Shown here: piece after piece, positions 9,411 through 22,195 of the stretch
Numbering within the stretch: the first letter of the stretch is position 1
Layout of the letters: each line of letters opens with the position of its first letter
NCBI GenBank assembly: GCA_963762255.1
Contig: CAVXKA010000002.1
Span: 608,001-672,000, forward strand
Length of the DNA: 64,000 bases
Source of the DNA: Candidatus Eiseniibacteriota bacterium
GTDB taxonomy: Bacteria > Eisenbacteria > RBG-16-71-46 > JABDJR01
Direction of reading: 5' to 3'
The notes under the pieces: generated by a model
What the model was told of the DNA's origin: nothing
Seen by the model: the letters and a program-made list of their open reading frames with translations, nothing else
Databases searched by the model: none
Program-made: the position numbers and the translations under genes

Positions 9411-10177
9411 GTCTGTCTCCCGTGTCGAGTCTGTTGCCGCGGAGCGTTTCTCATTGCCTTGAGCGTGAAGCTGACGACCCGCAGCCCGTAGCGTACTGCC
9501 GGCGCTGACGACTTCGCGTGATCGCCATAGAGGGGGGGGACAGGCACCTCTTCGATGCGGAACTTCTGCCGCGCCGCGAGGAGGAGAACCTCAACATCGT
9601 AGTTGTACCAGGTCGTCAGCTCGTTCTGCAGGATCCAGTCCACCACCTCGCGCGTGCAGCCGCGCATCCCGTCGTGGAACGAGTGGAGATTGGTCCGGAG
9701 GCACATATTCTGAAACCACGTCAGCCCGAAATGCCCGAGCACTCGGTCGAGCGGCATGTTGTTTCGCCCCTCGGGCGAAAGCAGCTTCAGCCAACCCTGA
9801 TCCCGCCCGACATTCATCAGGTACATCAACCGGGAGCCGATGGAAAGATCGCACCGCCCGGCATAGAGTGGCGCCAGCACCAGCGGAATCTCCTCGGGCC
9901 GGTGACCGAGATCCCCGTGGATGTTGATGGTCAGGTCGGCGTTGCGCTCGACGGCAAGCTGGTAGAGCCGCTGGCTCGTTCCCCCGTAACCGAGGTTAGC
10001 GGGATTGCGAACGGCATGGACGCGGGGCAACTTCTGAGCCACCGCGAGCGTGTCATCGGCGCTAGCATCGTCCACGACGATGATCTCGTCCGAGTCGCCG
10101 GGTAGCTGGATGCGGTTGACGACCTCCGGGAGAACGTGCGCGCAGTTGTAGGCGGGAATTAGCACGCACAGTTTCAT
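9407..10177 (-). CDS. Glycosyltransferase family 2
   Basis: LIPAYN, IIVVDDASADDT and NLGYGG motifs; DPM1-like C-terminus. Confidence 0.85.
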   Translation of the reverse strand: MKLCVLIPAYNCAHVLPEVVNRIQLPGDSDEIIVVDDASADDTLAVAQKLPRVHAVRNPANLGYGGTSQRLYQLAVERNADLTINIHGDLGHRPEEIPLVLAPLYAGRCDLSIGSRLMYLMNVGRDQGWLKLLSPEGRNNMPLDRVLGHFGLTWFQNMCLRTNLHSFHDGMRGCTREVVDWILQNELTTWYNYDVEVLLLAARQKFRIEEVPVPPLYGDHAKSSAPAVRYGLRVVSFTLKAMRNAPRQQTRHGRQT

Positions 10178-10183
10178 CAGGGA

Positions 10184-11020
10184 TTACCCTTCCAGCTCCG
10201 GTAGGAGGCGCCAGTGGCCTCGCGAATCGGCGAACTGCGGCAGCTCGGCGATTTGCTGGCGCAGGCTGGCAATCCCCAGCTGCCCGACGAATTCCGGATG
10301 GGTCGTCCGCAGCCGGGTGTCCCGCGCGGTTGAGTCATCGGCCGGCGTGATCTCGACCTGTACCCCGAACGCCTCGCGCATCAACTCCAGCAGCTCGAGC
10401 TTGGTCACGTCGTCGCTGAAGACGTGCCGCAAGCAATGAGCGTGCAGTCCGTTCCGCAGGATCCGATCGATGACCCGGCTCAGTTGAATCGTCGTCACGC
10501 CGTTCCACAGGTGATTACGGTAGCCCTGGCATCGCGATTGCGCCAGGAACCAATTGAGGAGCGAATAGTGGTTGGTCCGTTCGGGGCCGATGATGGACGT
10601 TCGGAGCACCAGGCAGTTGCGCGGCTCGCCGAGGGCCTTGGAGCGCCCGTACAGATCGGTCGCCGTCGGCGCATCGGCCTCCGTGTACTGCCCCCGCCGG
10701 CCGTCATACACGCAATCGGTCGAGACGTGGATCATTCGCACCGACTGGGCTTCGCACCGGTCGGCCAGGAGACGCGGCCAGAGGCTATTGATCTGGTAGA
10801 AGTCCGCCGGCCCGGCCTGCATGTGTCGATTGATCAGGCCCAGGGCATTGATGCAGTAGTCGGTGCCGGTCAGGTCGAGGCTACCCACCGGATCGCGGAG
10901 CACGTCGAATTGCGGCCGGTCGATCGCGCGAACGCGATGTCCGGTAGCGCGGAGCTGCTGCAAGACTGCCGTGCCCAGCATTCCTCCGGCGCCCAGAACG
11001 AGGACAGAAAGACCCGTCAA
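10184..11020 (-). CDS. dTDP-4-dehydrorhamnose reductase-like SDR
   Basis: VLGAGGMLG, HVSTDCVYDG, YGRSK (YxxxK) and LRTSIIG motifs. Confidence 0.85.
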   Translation of the reverse strand: MTGLSVLVLGAGGMLGTAVLQQLRATGHRVRAIDRPQFDVLRDPVGSLDLTGTDYCINALGLINRHMQAGPADFYQINSLWPRLLADRCEAQSVRMIHVSTDCVYDGRRGQYTEADAPTATDLYGRSKALGEPRNCLVLRTSIIGPERTNHYSLLNWFLAQSRCQGYRNHLWNGVTTIQLSRVIDRILRNGLHAHCLRHVFSDDVTKLELLELMREAFGVQVEITPADDSTARDTRLRTTHPEFVGQLGIASLRQQIAELPQFADSRGHWRLLPELEG

Positions 11021-11111
11021 GCCCTTGCTCCTTGATTGATAGGACGTTAGGGCGAAAGAGCTTACCCGAGCGCAGGGGCTGAGTCAAGGTCGGCCGGCCC
11101 CGACGCGGACA

Positions 11112-14100
11112 TCAATGGGGCACCGGCATCGGAGTCGAATCGCCCGCGGGATCCCCCATCACCACCCGCACGTGATGGACGGCGCCGTCATCGACCAGCG
11201 GGATCGCCCGGTAGTCGACCCGGACTCCGTCCAGCATCGCTTCCGCGACCCCACGGCTCCGCCGACCGGGATTCTCTACGGCGATCTCGTACCGGCTCCG
11301 CCCGTGCCGCCACCGCACGACAAAGCGATCCCACGTGCCGGGAACACACGGCGTGACGGTGAAGCAGTTGCCGCGGCGCTTGAGTCCGAGGATCGTCTCG
11401 AGACCCAGGCGATACATCCAGGCCGCCGAGCCTGTGTACCAGGTCCATCCGCCTCGGCCGATATGCGCGGGGTGCGTGTAGACATCGGCCGCCACCACGT
11501 AGGGCTCCACCTTGTACCGCTCGACATCGGCGGAGGTGCGAGTGCGGTTGATCGGGTTCAGCATGTGGAAGAGTTCGACCGCCTCGTCACCGCTGCCCAA
11601 CTGCGCGATCGCCATCACCGTCCAGAGCGCGGCATGCGTGTACTGTCCCCCGTTCTCGCGCACGCCGGGCACGTAGCCCTTGATGTACCCGGGGTCCAGC
11701 GTCGACTGATCGAACGGCGGCGCAAGCAACTGAATCACACCCGCGTCACGTCGCACGAGCTGCATACGGACCGCGTCCATGGCGCGCTCGGCGCGGCTCC
11801 TCGGTGCGGCTCCCGACAACACGGCCCAGCTCTGCGAGATCGCGTCGATCCTGCATTCCTGGGCCTGGGCGGACCCGAGCGGCGTGCCGTCGTCGAAGTA
11901 CGCGCGACGATACCAGTCGCCGTCCCACGCCTGCTCGAGCATGAGACCCATCCGCTGGCGCTCGGCGCGCCATCGCGCGGCCCGCGCGCTGTCTCCACGC
12001 GCCTCCGTCAGCGCGGCGAAGTCCTGCAGGATCTTGGAGAGGAACCAACCCAGCCAGACGCTCTCACCGCGGCCGAGATGCCCGACCCGGTTGAGACCGT
12101 CATTCCAGTCGCCGGTCCCGATCAGCGGCAGACCGTGCGAGCCCATGGTCAGGCATCGCTCGATCGCGCGCACGCAATGCTCGTAGAGCGTCCCGCTCTG
12201 GCCCGCTATCGCGGGCTGACCGTAAGCGTCCAACTCACCAGGGGCAAGCACCGGCGCCTCTAAGAACGGCATGGACACGTCGAGTACGGCCCGATCGCCG
12301 GTGCACTTCAGGTAGCGGGCTACCGCAAGAGGGAGCCACAGCAGATCGTCGGAGCAGCGGCTGCGCACGCCCCGACCGGTGTGATCGTGCCACCAATGTT
12401 GAACGTCTCCTTCGATGAACTGGCGGCCGGCGCACCGCAGAAGGTGCTCGCGGTAGAGGTCAGGCCGCGCGAACACGAGCGCCATCACATCCTGCAACTG
12501 GTCGCGGAAACCGTAAGCGCCGCCCGGCTGGAAGAATCCGGTGCGGCCCCACAGGCGCGAACTCACCGACTGGTAGACCAGCCAGCGATTCATGATCAGG
12601 TCGAAGGAATCGTCCGGCGTTTCGACCTGCACGGTGTCGAGCATCGCATCCCAGTGCGCCTCGACCTGTTCCAGCGCCTTGCCCGCAGCCTCGCCGCTGC
12701 CGAAGCGGGCTGCCAGAGCCAACGCGTGCGCCCGGCTGTCGCCCTGACCCAGCAGCAGCACGATGTCCCGCGTCTCGCCTGGTTCGAGATCGACGCGGAC
12801 CTGAAGTGCGGCGCAGGGGTCGAGACCGGCGCCGAAGTGCTGCCCCAGGAACTCGCGGGTCAGGGCCGCGGGCCTGCGCAGCGATCCGTTTCGGCCGAGG
12901 AACTCCGTTCGGTCGCCGGTGGCCGACGCGGGTCGCACGCTCGCGTGGGCAAACGCCACGCGCTCGGAGAAGTCGGAGTTGTACGGATTGCGCGCCAGCA
13001 CGGCGCCGGTCTCCTGATCCTGCTCGGTGATGACGAATCGGTGCTCGCCGGCTCGCGGCGGGCACAGCGCCCACTCGTTGTAGGCGAACACGCTCACGTG
13101 CCGAGTGACCCCGGACTGATTGGTGAGCGAAACCCGAGAGAGTTTGACGGGTTCTTCCGCGTGCACGAACACCGCGAGTTCGCAGGTGACGCCGTGGGCG
13201 CTATGGGCGTAGCGCGTGACTCCTGCGCCGTGGCGCGTGACCCAGCGGCCGCCCTCGCGCGACCGCGGCAGGGGGCCCGGCGTAGCACCCCACACGTCCC
13301 CGCTGTCGTCGTCGCGCAGATAGACCGCCTCGCCGCTGAACTCGCTCACCGGGTCGTTGCCGAACGGCGTGAGACGGTTCTCGCGACTGTTGCCGGCCCA
13401 GGTCCAGGCCGCGCCGGTGGCGCCGACGACGGTCCCGAACCGCTCGTTCGCGATGACGTTCACCCACGGCTGAGGAGTGTCCGCATCCCCCCGCAGCACG
13501 ATTGCGTATTCGCGCCCTTCGGCGGTGAATCCGCCGAGTCCGTTCGGGTGGGTGAGCGGTGGGGCCTCGACCTCAGGCGCAGCAGCTCCCGCGTCTCCGA
13601 CCTTGGACGCCGGCCGCGCAAACAACGCGGGGGGCCAAGTCCGCTCACGGTGCGGGAGACCGAGTTGGTCCGCCAGGTCGCCCTGCCCGCCGTTCAGCAC
13701 CGCACGTGCCGCGGCCAGCAGCACCACGCGTTGCGCCTCGGGCATGCCGTCACCGCGCAGCAGGAACACGCCCCCGGGGCGGTCCCTCCAGGCGGCCCAG
13801 GAGCCCTTTTCGAGCAGCCCCTTGAGTTGCTCCTGGATCTCCTCCAGGTAGCTCATCTGGTATTCATTGAGGAGAACGACGTCGGCGCTGAGGCCCTTCA
13901 ACCGCCAGTACTCTTGCGCGCGCAAGACCTGCCGCACCAGGGACAGGTCGCCATCCTGGACCACGCGCACGATCAGGATCGGCAGGTCGCCTGACACGCC
14001 GTGGGCCCAGAGATCGGACTGACCGAGCGTGTTATCCGCGAGAAGCGTGGGGGCGGCGCGAAGCGCGGCGTCGGTCCACAGCACGTGCGAGGCGAGCCGT

Positions 14101-17100
14101 TCGTAAAGCTGCGCTTCGGCGGTCGAGATCCCCAGGTGACGCAGTCGCATCTGGGTCATGGTGGCGGCCAGCGCGAAGGTCCGCGCGGCCGAGGCGGGAT
14201 CGTCGTACTTCTCCGCCAGCGCCATCGCCGCGACACGGCTCGTGGTGACGCCTGTCGCGAACGCAAGACGTACCTGCCCGCCGGGAGCGATGCGGACGCG
14301 TCGGCGCAGGCTCAGGATCGGGTCGAGCACCGCCCCCGTGGTGCCCGAGAGCGCCCGGCCGTCAAGCGCGATGGGGTTCTCCGGCGTCCGCCCCCGGCCC
14401 AGGAACCGCGCGCGGTCGGTCTCCCACTCGACTGCCCCTGGGACGCCGTCCTCGACGCTCAGCACATGCACGGCCCACGGCGTCAGCTCGTCGGGGGATC
14501 TCGGGCGGCGACCGCACAGCAGCGCGGTGCATTCCGGACGGTACTCGGTCTCGAGGAACAGCTTGAGGAACGCCGGGTGAGCGAGATCGTCGCCGGGCGG
14601 AGCGAGCACGATCTCGACGAGGCTCGTCACCTCGATTTCGCGCAGCAGCTCGGTGTGATTGATCAGCGAGACGCGGCGCACCTCGACGTCGTCCTCGGGG
14701 GAAACCGTGATCTCGACCCGCGTCTCGATGCCGTCGTCCGTGCGTTCGAACAACGCCGCATCGGCGAGAAAGGTCACCCGATAGCGCTCGGGCTCACGGC
14801 ACACTGGCTGGTATGCGGCGGACCAGAGCAGGCCGCTTCGCACGTCGCGCAAGTAGATGAACTGACTGCCGGGGTCGCAGGTGGGATCGTCCCGCTGGCG
14901 CGTGACCGAGCTTCCGCTCCACGTGCTGGTGCCGCCCCCGGCGTTGGTGACGATCGCCGTGTACCGCCCGTTCGACAGAAAGTGGGCGCTCGGATAGAGC
15001 GTGTGCGGGGAGCGGAAGCGGCGCGGCGCCGCCGCAGGCACCGATGGGGCGACGCGCGTCGATTCGGCGGGACGCGGCCGGGTCACGGGCACGAAGCGCG
15101 GCACTCGCTCCTGCAGCAAGGGCTCGGTGGCCCGCACGCGGGGATCCGAATGAAGGCGTCGCACCATCGGCGCGGCGAGCACGGCGTTGGTCAGCGCGAC
15201 CAGGCTCATGCCCTGATGATGGGCGAAGAATGCGTGGACGCGATGAAGGCGGACGCGGTCGGGGACTATCTCACCGTCGAGCGTGACGGTCTTGCGCGGA
15301 GTGTAGTCGAGCGCCTCGATGAGCCCGAACCGGCCCACAGCGCCTTCGCGGGAGAGTCGGCGGAAGTTCGCCGCGGCGGCAGTGGGATCGACCTGGGCGG
15401 CCAGCGCGGTGGCGTACGGTGCAATCACCAGATCCTCGGCAAGCCCGCGCTTCAGCCCCAGACCGGGGACACCGAAAGCCTTGTACTGATAGCTGCCGTG
15501 CGGGTCCATGACATGATAGGCGGATTCCGAGATGCCCCAGGGCACCCGGTGGCGTTTGCCGTAGATGATCTGTGCCCGCACCGCCGCGCGACAGGTGTTC
15601 TCGAGCAGGGTCTCGGGATGGCTGCGCAGGAGGAGCAGCGGCATCAGGTACTCGAACATGGAACCGCTCCACGACACGAGTGTGGCGCTACCCTCGACGC
15701 TCACCAGCGCGCGCGCGAGCCGGAACCAATGCTCCTGCGGCACCTCGTCACGCGCGATGGCGATGAAGCTCGCGAGCCTGGCTTCCGATGCAAGAAGATC
15801 GTAGTAGGAGGGATCGAGGCGCCCGGGGCCCTCGGTATCGGCCAACCGGAACCCTATTGAGAAGACTCCACGCGCCCGGTCGTAGAGGAACTTCCAGTTC
15901 ATGCCGTCGGCGAGCCCCTCACAACGGTCGGCGAGGTCGTGAAGTCGCTGGCGCAGCGCATCAGGTTCGGCTGCCTGTGCCGGTATCGGGACGAGCGCCT
16001 CGTCGAGCGCTCGCCCCCACTCCGCGACCGCGTCCGCTTCGGGACCGGCGGGCGCGGCGGCCACGACATCCACGAGAGCGGCACGCAGGCCGCCCGCACG
16101 CCGTCCGGCTGCTTCGAGCCGCGCGATCCCCGACCCGGCTGCGCCGAGCGCCCCGCGCACCCCGTCCAGTTCCCGCCGCGCGAGACCGCAGCACGAAGGA
16201 AGCGACGTCGCCGCATGCGCCGGGCGCTCCAGCGCGGCCAGTGCATCGGCGAGTACGCCCGCGGTGTCGGCCGCGCCCGCGCATCGTCGCGCTTCGTCCC
16301 CAGCGATCTCGGCGATCTCGCGCAGCCCCGCCGACGACGCCATCAACGCGCCGGCCAAGTTACCGCTGTCCACGGTCGAGACGTAGCGTGGGGCGAGAGG
16401 GGCGAGGCTCTCCGTGTCGTACCAATTGAGAAGGTGCCCTTCGTGGCGCTCGAGTGCTTCGAGGGTCGTGAGCGTGCCCTCGACCCGATCCGCCAGCGGC
16501 GCGGTTCCCAAGTATCCCAGGTCATGCGCGGCGAGCGTCGAGAGCAGGCCCATGCCGATATTGGTCGGCGAGGTTCGGTGTGCGATGCGCAGGTCCGGTG
16601 CGCACTGCACATTGTCGGGCGGCAGCCAGTGATCCTCTGCGCCGACGAAGCGTTCGAAGTAGTACCAGGTCCGACGCGCGACGAGCCGCAACTGCTCCGC
16701 GTCTTCGGCCTGCAAGGCCAAGCGCCTCGCGACCACCGGCCGGCTCAGCCACCAGGCGACTCCCGGCGAGGCCAGCCACGCCACCAGGAACGGCGATGCC
16801 AACGGCAACGCGCCAGGTCGCAGCAGGAGCACCCCCAGCAGCACCGCCAGGGCGATGGCCGGGCCCGCCCGCATCTCGACGATGAACACCCAGGGGCCCC
16901 GGCGCGAGAGCAGCCCGGCTGCCTGCGCCGCCGAGGCCGCGGCGGTCTCCCACTCGAGCAGCCGGCGCTGCGTGAAGACCATTCGAACCAGGGTGAGGAC
17001 GATGGCATGCACCATCTCGAAGGCCTGGCTCGCGAGCAGCATGGTCTGGAGCAGCACTTGCGCACCGGCCGTCTCCAGCTCCGCCCACACGTCCCGGACG

Positions 17101-19725
17101 TACACGCCGAACGGCTGCTGTGGGCGCGGGCCGGCGGCGAGGTGAACCAGGGGAGGGAGCAGCGGGAAGCCGAGCACCGCGAGCGCGGCAAGCGTCCACC
17201 TGAGCGGCGAGCCGGGGAGCCAGGTCCACGCCGACGCCAACAGGGCCACCAGCGCCGGCGCCGCGAGGCTGCGGCGCAAATTGTCGAGAATCTTCCAACG
17301 GCTGATGAGCGGCAACCGGCTGAGTTCCAGGCCGTGCGCCGACGGCACCACCGGCAGAACATGAAGCAGGATCTGCCAGTCGCCGCGCACCCAGCGCTGC
17401 TGACGACGCGCGTGGGCCAATACGCTCGAGGGGAACTCGTCCACGAACTCGACGTCCGATACCAAGGCGCAGCGCGCGAACAGCCCTTCGAACAGGTCGT
17501 GCGAGAGCATCACGTTCTCCGCAACGCGACCCTCCAGCGCAGCGGTGAAGGCATCCACGTCGTAGAGACCCTTGCCGGTGAAGCTGCCCTCGCCAAACAG
17601 GTCCTGGTAGGTGTCGGAAACCGCGGTCGTGTACGGATCGACGCCGGTGTGGCCGGCGTATACCCGGGCGAACAGGGAGCGGGCGGCGCTTGCCATCGTG
17701 ACACTGACTCGCGGCTGGAGAATCCCGTAGCCATCGACCACCCGCCGAAGCCTGGGGTCGAATCGCGGACGATTGAGCGGATGCTCGATCACGCCGATCA
17801 ACTGGCGCGCCGCATCCCGCGGCAATCGGGTGTCGCTATCGAGCGTGATGCAATAGCGGACGCGAGGGAGGATCTCCGGGGCGCCCACCTGCACGGTGAA
17901 ACTCGTGTCGCCCGCGCCCCGCAGCAGTCGATTGAACTCCTCGATCTTCCCACGCTTGCGCTCCCAGCCCATCCATACGCCCTCGCTGGCGTTCCACCGG
18001 CGCGCGCGATGGAACAGGTAGAAACGATCTCCGGTGTCTGGTGCGTAGCGCGCGTTGAGCGCGTTGATCCCCTCGACCGCGGCCGCAAGCACCTCGTCTT
18101 CGCCGGGCAGCCGCTCGGACTCCGCATCGGGAAAATCCGTGAGCAACGCAAGATGAATCCGTGGGTCCATGTTGCCGAGGGCGTGAACCTCGAGGTGCTC
18201 CAGCAGAGTCCGGGTGCCATCGATCGACGAGATCAGGGTGGGCACGATCACCATGGTACGTGCCGACTCGGGGATGCCGCCGCGCAGATCGAGCCGCGGC
18301 AGCAACCTTGGTTTCGCGAAGCGATGCACGATGCGGTGCATGAGCGCCACCGCAAGCTCGCTAGCGGGAACGAGCGCCAGGATCCCCACCCAGGCCTGCG
18401 TCCCATAGGCCGCCTGCGCCGCTCCCGCCGCCGCCACTGCCGTCGCCACACCAAATCCCGTGAGCACGCTGCCCGCACCGAGGTAGATCGGCGTGGCGTG
18501 ATCGAGGATCAGGTGCTTCAGACGTTCACGAAACGGAGGCCGGTGAGCTACGTCGACCTCGAGTTCACGGCGGCCGCCGCCGATCAGGTGATACCCGACG
18601 TGTGCCGTCCTCGAGTCAATGCCCAGTCTCTCCGCCGCCTGGCGTGCGCTCTCTACAGCGCGCAACGCGACCCTGACCTGCGCCTCGCCGGTGGGATCCG
18701 CCAGCGCTTCCACCGCGTGGCGGTAGCGGTCGCGACTCGCGAAATCCATGCGACCGTAAACACCGGGCGGATCGCGCTGGAGGATGCGCTCGATCGGACT
18801 GACGTCCTCGACGTACTCGTTCCAGTCGATCGTGGCGCACAGCCGCAGGCTGGTGATGGAGTTGCCCATCGAGAGGTGATTCATCGCCTGTCGCTGATGC
18901 TCGGCGCGCACGGCGTCCTCCACCGTGGTCCCGCAGGCCTCCAGCCGCTCCTCAAGCTGCTTACGCAGCCCGGCTGCACCGGCGCCGTACTCCCGCATGC
19001 GCTGTAACAGTTGATCCACGAACGCGACGTGGAGGGCGTAAGGAAGAGCAGGCAGGCGACCTTTCGGTTGCCCGTTCTCGAACCGGGTGAAGAAGTCATC
19101 CGCATCGAGGCGCCCCGCGCGGCTCTCGATCAACTCCTCGGACAGCCGGCGCAGGTGCTCGATCAGCGCGAGCTTGAGGGTGCTCGGCCACGCCCACAGC
19201 TCACCGATGCTCAGCGGCGCGACGGTCTGGTAGGCGTAGATGAACCGCTCGAGTCGCTTGACGTTCGAGTCGCGCATCGCTGTAGCGGAGGAGTTCCACA
19301 GCCATAGCGTAGATACGCGCCGTGCCGGCACGCTCGCGGGTGGCCAACTTCGGTAGTTCGCGGTAATAGCGCGTCGGGAAGTCGTGCCGGATCTCGCGCA
19401 TCTCGGCTTCAACCAAATGGAAGTTGTCGAGCAGCCATTCCGCGGCGGGCGCCATCGGCTCGCCGTTCCGCACGTCGGCGGCGAGGATGCGGTATGCGTA
19501 CCGAAGCACGCGCGCATCCACCGAAAGGCGGCGCAGCAAGCGAGGAGGGCCGCGTCCCGGGTTTCGCGCCAGGGTGAATTCCGCCGCCAGCGCGCGCGCG
19601 CGTTCCTCGAGACGCTCGACGCCGAGGAGTTCGCCGTGCAGCGGGCTCGAGTCGAGGCCGCTCAACCGCGGGCGCGCCTCGCTCAACTCACGCGCGCGGG
19701 ACAACGTGGCGCCTATGCTTGGCAA
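11112..19725 (-). pseudogene. ndvB: Cyclic beta-1,2-glucan synthase (Cgs/NdvB/ChvB; GT84 + glycoamylase-like + GH94), interrupted by a +1 frameshift near 19264 (real lesion or sequencing error)
   Basis: N-terminal [16 protein letters not shown] lies in ORF 19201-19725. [66 protein letters not shown] and WYTGSA lie in ORF 11112-19517. Joined length is about 2870 aa. Confidence 0.9.
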
Positions 19726-19776
19726 CGGCCTGCACTCCTTTCGGAATGGAGCGCGGCGTCTCCGCGGCCCCCACGA

Positions 19777-21333
19777 CTATGCTGCTTCGTACAACATGAC
19801 CCGCTCTCGACCGGCCTCCTTCGCGGCGTAGAGGGCCACATCCGCCGCGCGCAACAGTTCCCGAGCTGTGGACGCGTGGGCGGGCGATCCCGCGATGCCG
19901 GCTGACAGGGTCATCGTGTCGAGCAATCGTCCCTCGTGCCGCACCTCCAGTTGCTTGGTGAGCGCACAGAGTTGCTCCACTCGGTGCCGGGTGTCCGCCA
20001 AGGATGAATCCGGCAGAACCAACGCGAACTCGTCCCCGCCAAGGCGGCACGCGATGTCACTCATACGCAGGTGTTGGGACAACACGTGCGCAAGCTCCCG
20101 CACGGCATGGTCCCCCGCGTCGTGGCCGAATGTGTCGTTGAGTCTCTTGAAGTGATCGATGTCCAGGACCACGACGGACAAGGGCGCGTTGCGACGCTGC
20201 GACAGGCTCAACTCTCGCGACAGGCTGTCGTCCAAGTAGCGCCGATTGAACAACCCGGTCAGGGGATCGCGGTTGGCCTGATCGCCCAGCCTCTCTCGCA
20301 GTCTCAGGTTCGACAGAACCAGCTTGATCGTCTCGCCGACCGTCACCGCCATGTGCAGCTCGCTCACCTGGTCTGCGTCTCGTTCGGGGGCGGCGCCAAG
20401 GATGCTCAGCACCCCCAGGGTCTCGCCCTGCACGTTGAGCGGAACGCACAAGTAGCTGCTGGCGGGCGGTTCGACGAAATGACGGCAGAGCACCGCGAGT
20501 TCCGGATCGACGACCACATGTGGGTGACCTCGCCGGAGCGCCCAGCAGTCGTCCAGCGAGAAGCCGGACACCGTCGGCCGTTCCGGTCCCCACTGCGCGA
20601 CGGGATCGAGAAGCTGCTCGCCGGTCCTCGTAATCGCCAGGCATCCGCTCTGCCCGACGAACAGCTGGCCCGCCCTCAGGGCGATCACCTCAAAGGCCTC
20701 CTGCTGCGTCGTGCAAGACTGGAGGAGTTCATTCATGTCGCTGAGCAGCCGCATTTCTCCGTCGCGCCTCTCCAGCTCGGCCACCGTCGACAACAGGTCT
20801 TCATTGGTCTTTCTGGTGCGATCCTCCGCCTGCTTCCGCTCAGTGATGTCCCGGATGTTGCACTGAATCACCTTGACGCCGTCGACCAGGTAGACGTTGC
20901 TGACGAACTCCACCTGTTTGCGCTCGTGTTCCTTCGTTTCCAGCGGCAGGTTCTCGTAGCGAACGTATTCCTTCTCCTGCAGTTGCCGAAATGCGGCTTT
21001 GCTGGCGCACACGTCCTTGAACGGGCCGATTTCCCAGAGCATCTTGCCCAGAAGCTCGCTGAGAGGATAGCCGAGCATGGCCTGCAGAAACGGATTGGCA
21101 TCGGTTATCTGCCCGGTGAGTGCATCCAAGATGAGGATGCCGTCCTTGGCCGTCTCGAAGAGCCGCCGGTAGCGAAGTTCTGAACTGGCCACCGCCTTCT
21201 CGCTCTGCTTTCGCCCGGTCGGATCGCCAACGGACGTGCCATTCCTGCGGACGGGGGGCTTGGCCGACTGGCTCTTGGGCTGGACCGATTGCGTTCGAGC
21301 GGCGGTATGCTGCCCGGCGGCTCGCGAACTCAT
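19777..21333 (-). CDS. PAS-GAF-GGDEF diguanylate cyclase
   Basis: PAS (RYRRLFETAKDGIL..RDITERK); GAF (CWALRRG, CVPL); DPLTGLFNRR, DIDHFK, RLGGDEF with RxxD I-site (RMSD). Confidence 0.92.
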   Translation of the reverse strand: MSSRAAGQHTAARTQSVQPKSQSAKPPVRRNGTSVGDPTGRKQSEKAVASSELRYRRLFETAKDGILILDALTGQITDANPFLQAMLGYPLSELLGKMLWEIGPFKDVCASKAAFRQLQEKEYVRYENLPLETKEHERKQVEFVSNVYLVDGVKVIQCNIRDITERKQAEDRTRKTNEDLLSTVAELERRDGEMRLLSDMNELLQSCTTQQEAFEVIALRAGQLFVGQSGCLAITRTGEQLLDPVAQWGPERPTVSGFSLDDCWALRRGHPHVVVDPELAVLCRHFVEPPASSYLCVPLNVQGETLGVLSILGAAPERDADQVSELHMAVTVGETIKLVLSNLRLRERLGDQANRDPLTGLFNRRYLDDSLSRELSLSQRRNAPLSVVVLDIDHFKRLNDTFGHDAGDHAVRELAHVLSQHLRMSDIACRLGGDEFALVLPDSSLADTRHRVEQLCALTKQLEVRHEGRLLDTMTLSAGIAGSPAHASTARELLRAADVALYAAKEAGRERVMLYEAA

Positions 21334-22172
21334 TTGGCGCCCCGGTAGTACTGCATGGCCTCGGGCATCTCCTGCTCGATCTTCGCGATCCGGGTCGCGT
21401 CCGACGGGTGGGTGCTCATGAATTCGGGTGGGGCCTGCCCTGCATTGCTCTGGCTCATGCGGCGCCAGAACACGAGAGCCTCGTTCGGGTCGTACCCCGC
21501 CATGGCCATGAAGATGAGACCCAGGTGATCGGCCTCGTTCTCCTGTAGGCGGCTGAAGGGGAGGAGTGCACCGTACTGCGCACCCAAGCCGAACGCGGTC
21601 ATGTAGATCTGCTGGGTCTCCTTCGGCTTCTTCGAGACTGCTTCCGAGAGCGCCATGCCGCCGAGCTGGGCGAGAAGCTCCTGACTCATGCGTTCTCCCC
21701 CGTGCTCGGCCACGGCGTGTGCGATCTCATGAGCCACAATCACTGCGAGTCCGGCTTCCGTCTGGGTGACGGGCAGGATCCCGGTGTAGACGACGACCCT
21801 GCCACCCGGCATGCACCAGGCATTGGCCTCCTTGCTCTCGATCAGGTTGAACTGCCAGCTATACCCTTGCAGTTGGTCGATCATGTTCTCGCTGCGGAAA
21901 TAGTCCTCTACTGCTCCCTGAATACGCGTGCCCACTCTCTTGACCAGAGCGGTCTGCTCTCGATTCGTGCTGAGTTTGTTGGCGCTCAGAAAGGCACCGT
22001 ACTGCTCGTCGCTCAGGGACAGCATCGTGGAAGCGGGGATCAGATCCAATTGACTTCGCCCGGTAACCGCCACGGTGCTGCACCCCGTCAGGGGCGACAA
22101 CAGAGCAAGCGGGCCGGCGATCAAGAGAGCGCGCCAGGCATTCGAGTGTCGCTGCATGAGTCTTACCCCCAT
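21330..22172 (-). CDS. M48 family zinc metallopeptidase lipoprotein
   Basis: Lipobox LTGC; NAWCMPGG, HEIAH, FSRLQENEAD and STHP motifs. Confidence 0.9.
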   Translation of the reverse strand: MGVRLMQRHSNAWRALLIAGPLALLSPLTGCSTVAVTGRSQLDLIPASTMLSLSDEQYGAFLSANKLSTNREQTALVKRVGTRIQGAVEDYFRSENMIDQLQGYSWQFNLIESKEANAWCMPGGRVVVYTGILPVTQTEAGLAVIVAHEIAHAVAEHGGERMSQELLAQLGGMALSEAVSKKPKETQQIYMTAFGLGAQYGALLPFSRLQENEADHLGLIFMAMAGYDPNEALVFWRRMSQSNAGQAPPEFMSTHPSDATRIAKIEQEMPEAMQYYRGAK

Positions 22173-22195
22173 GAGGGTGGCGGCCTCCGTAGGCG

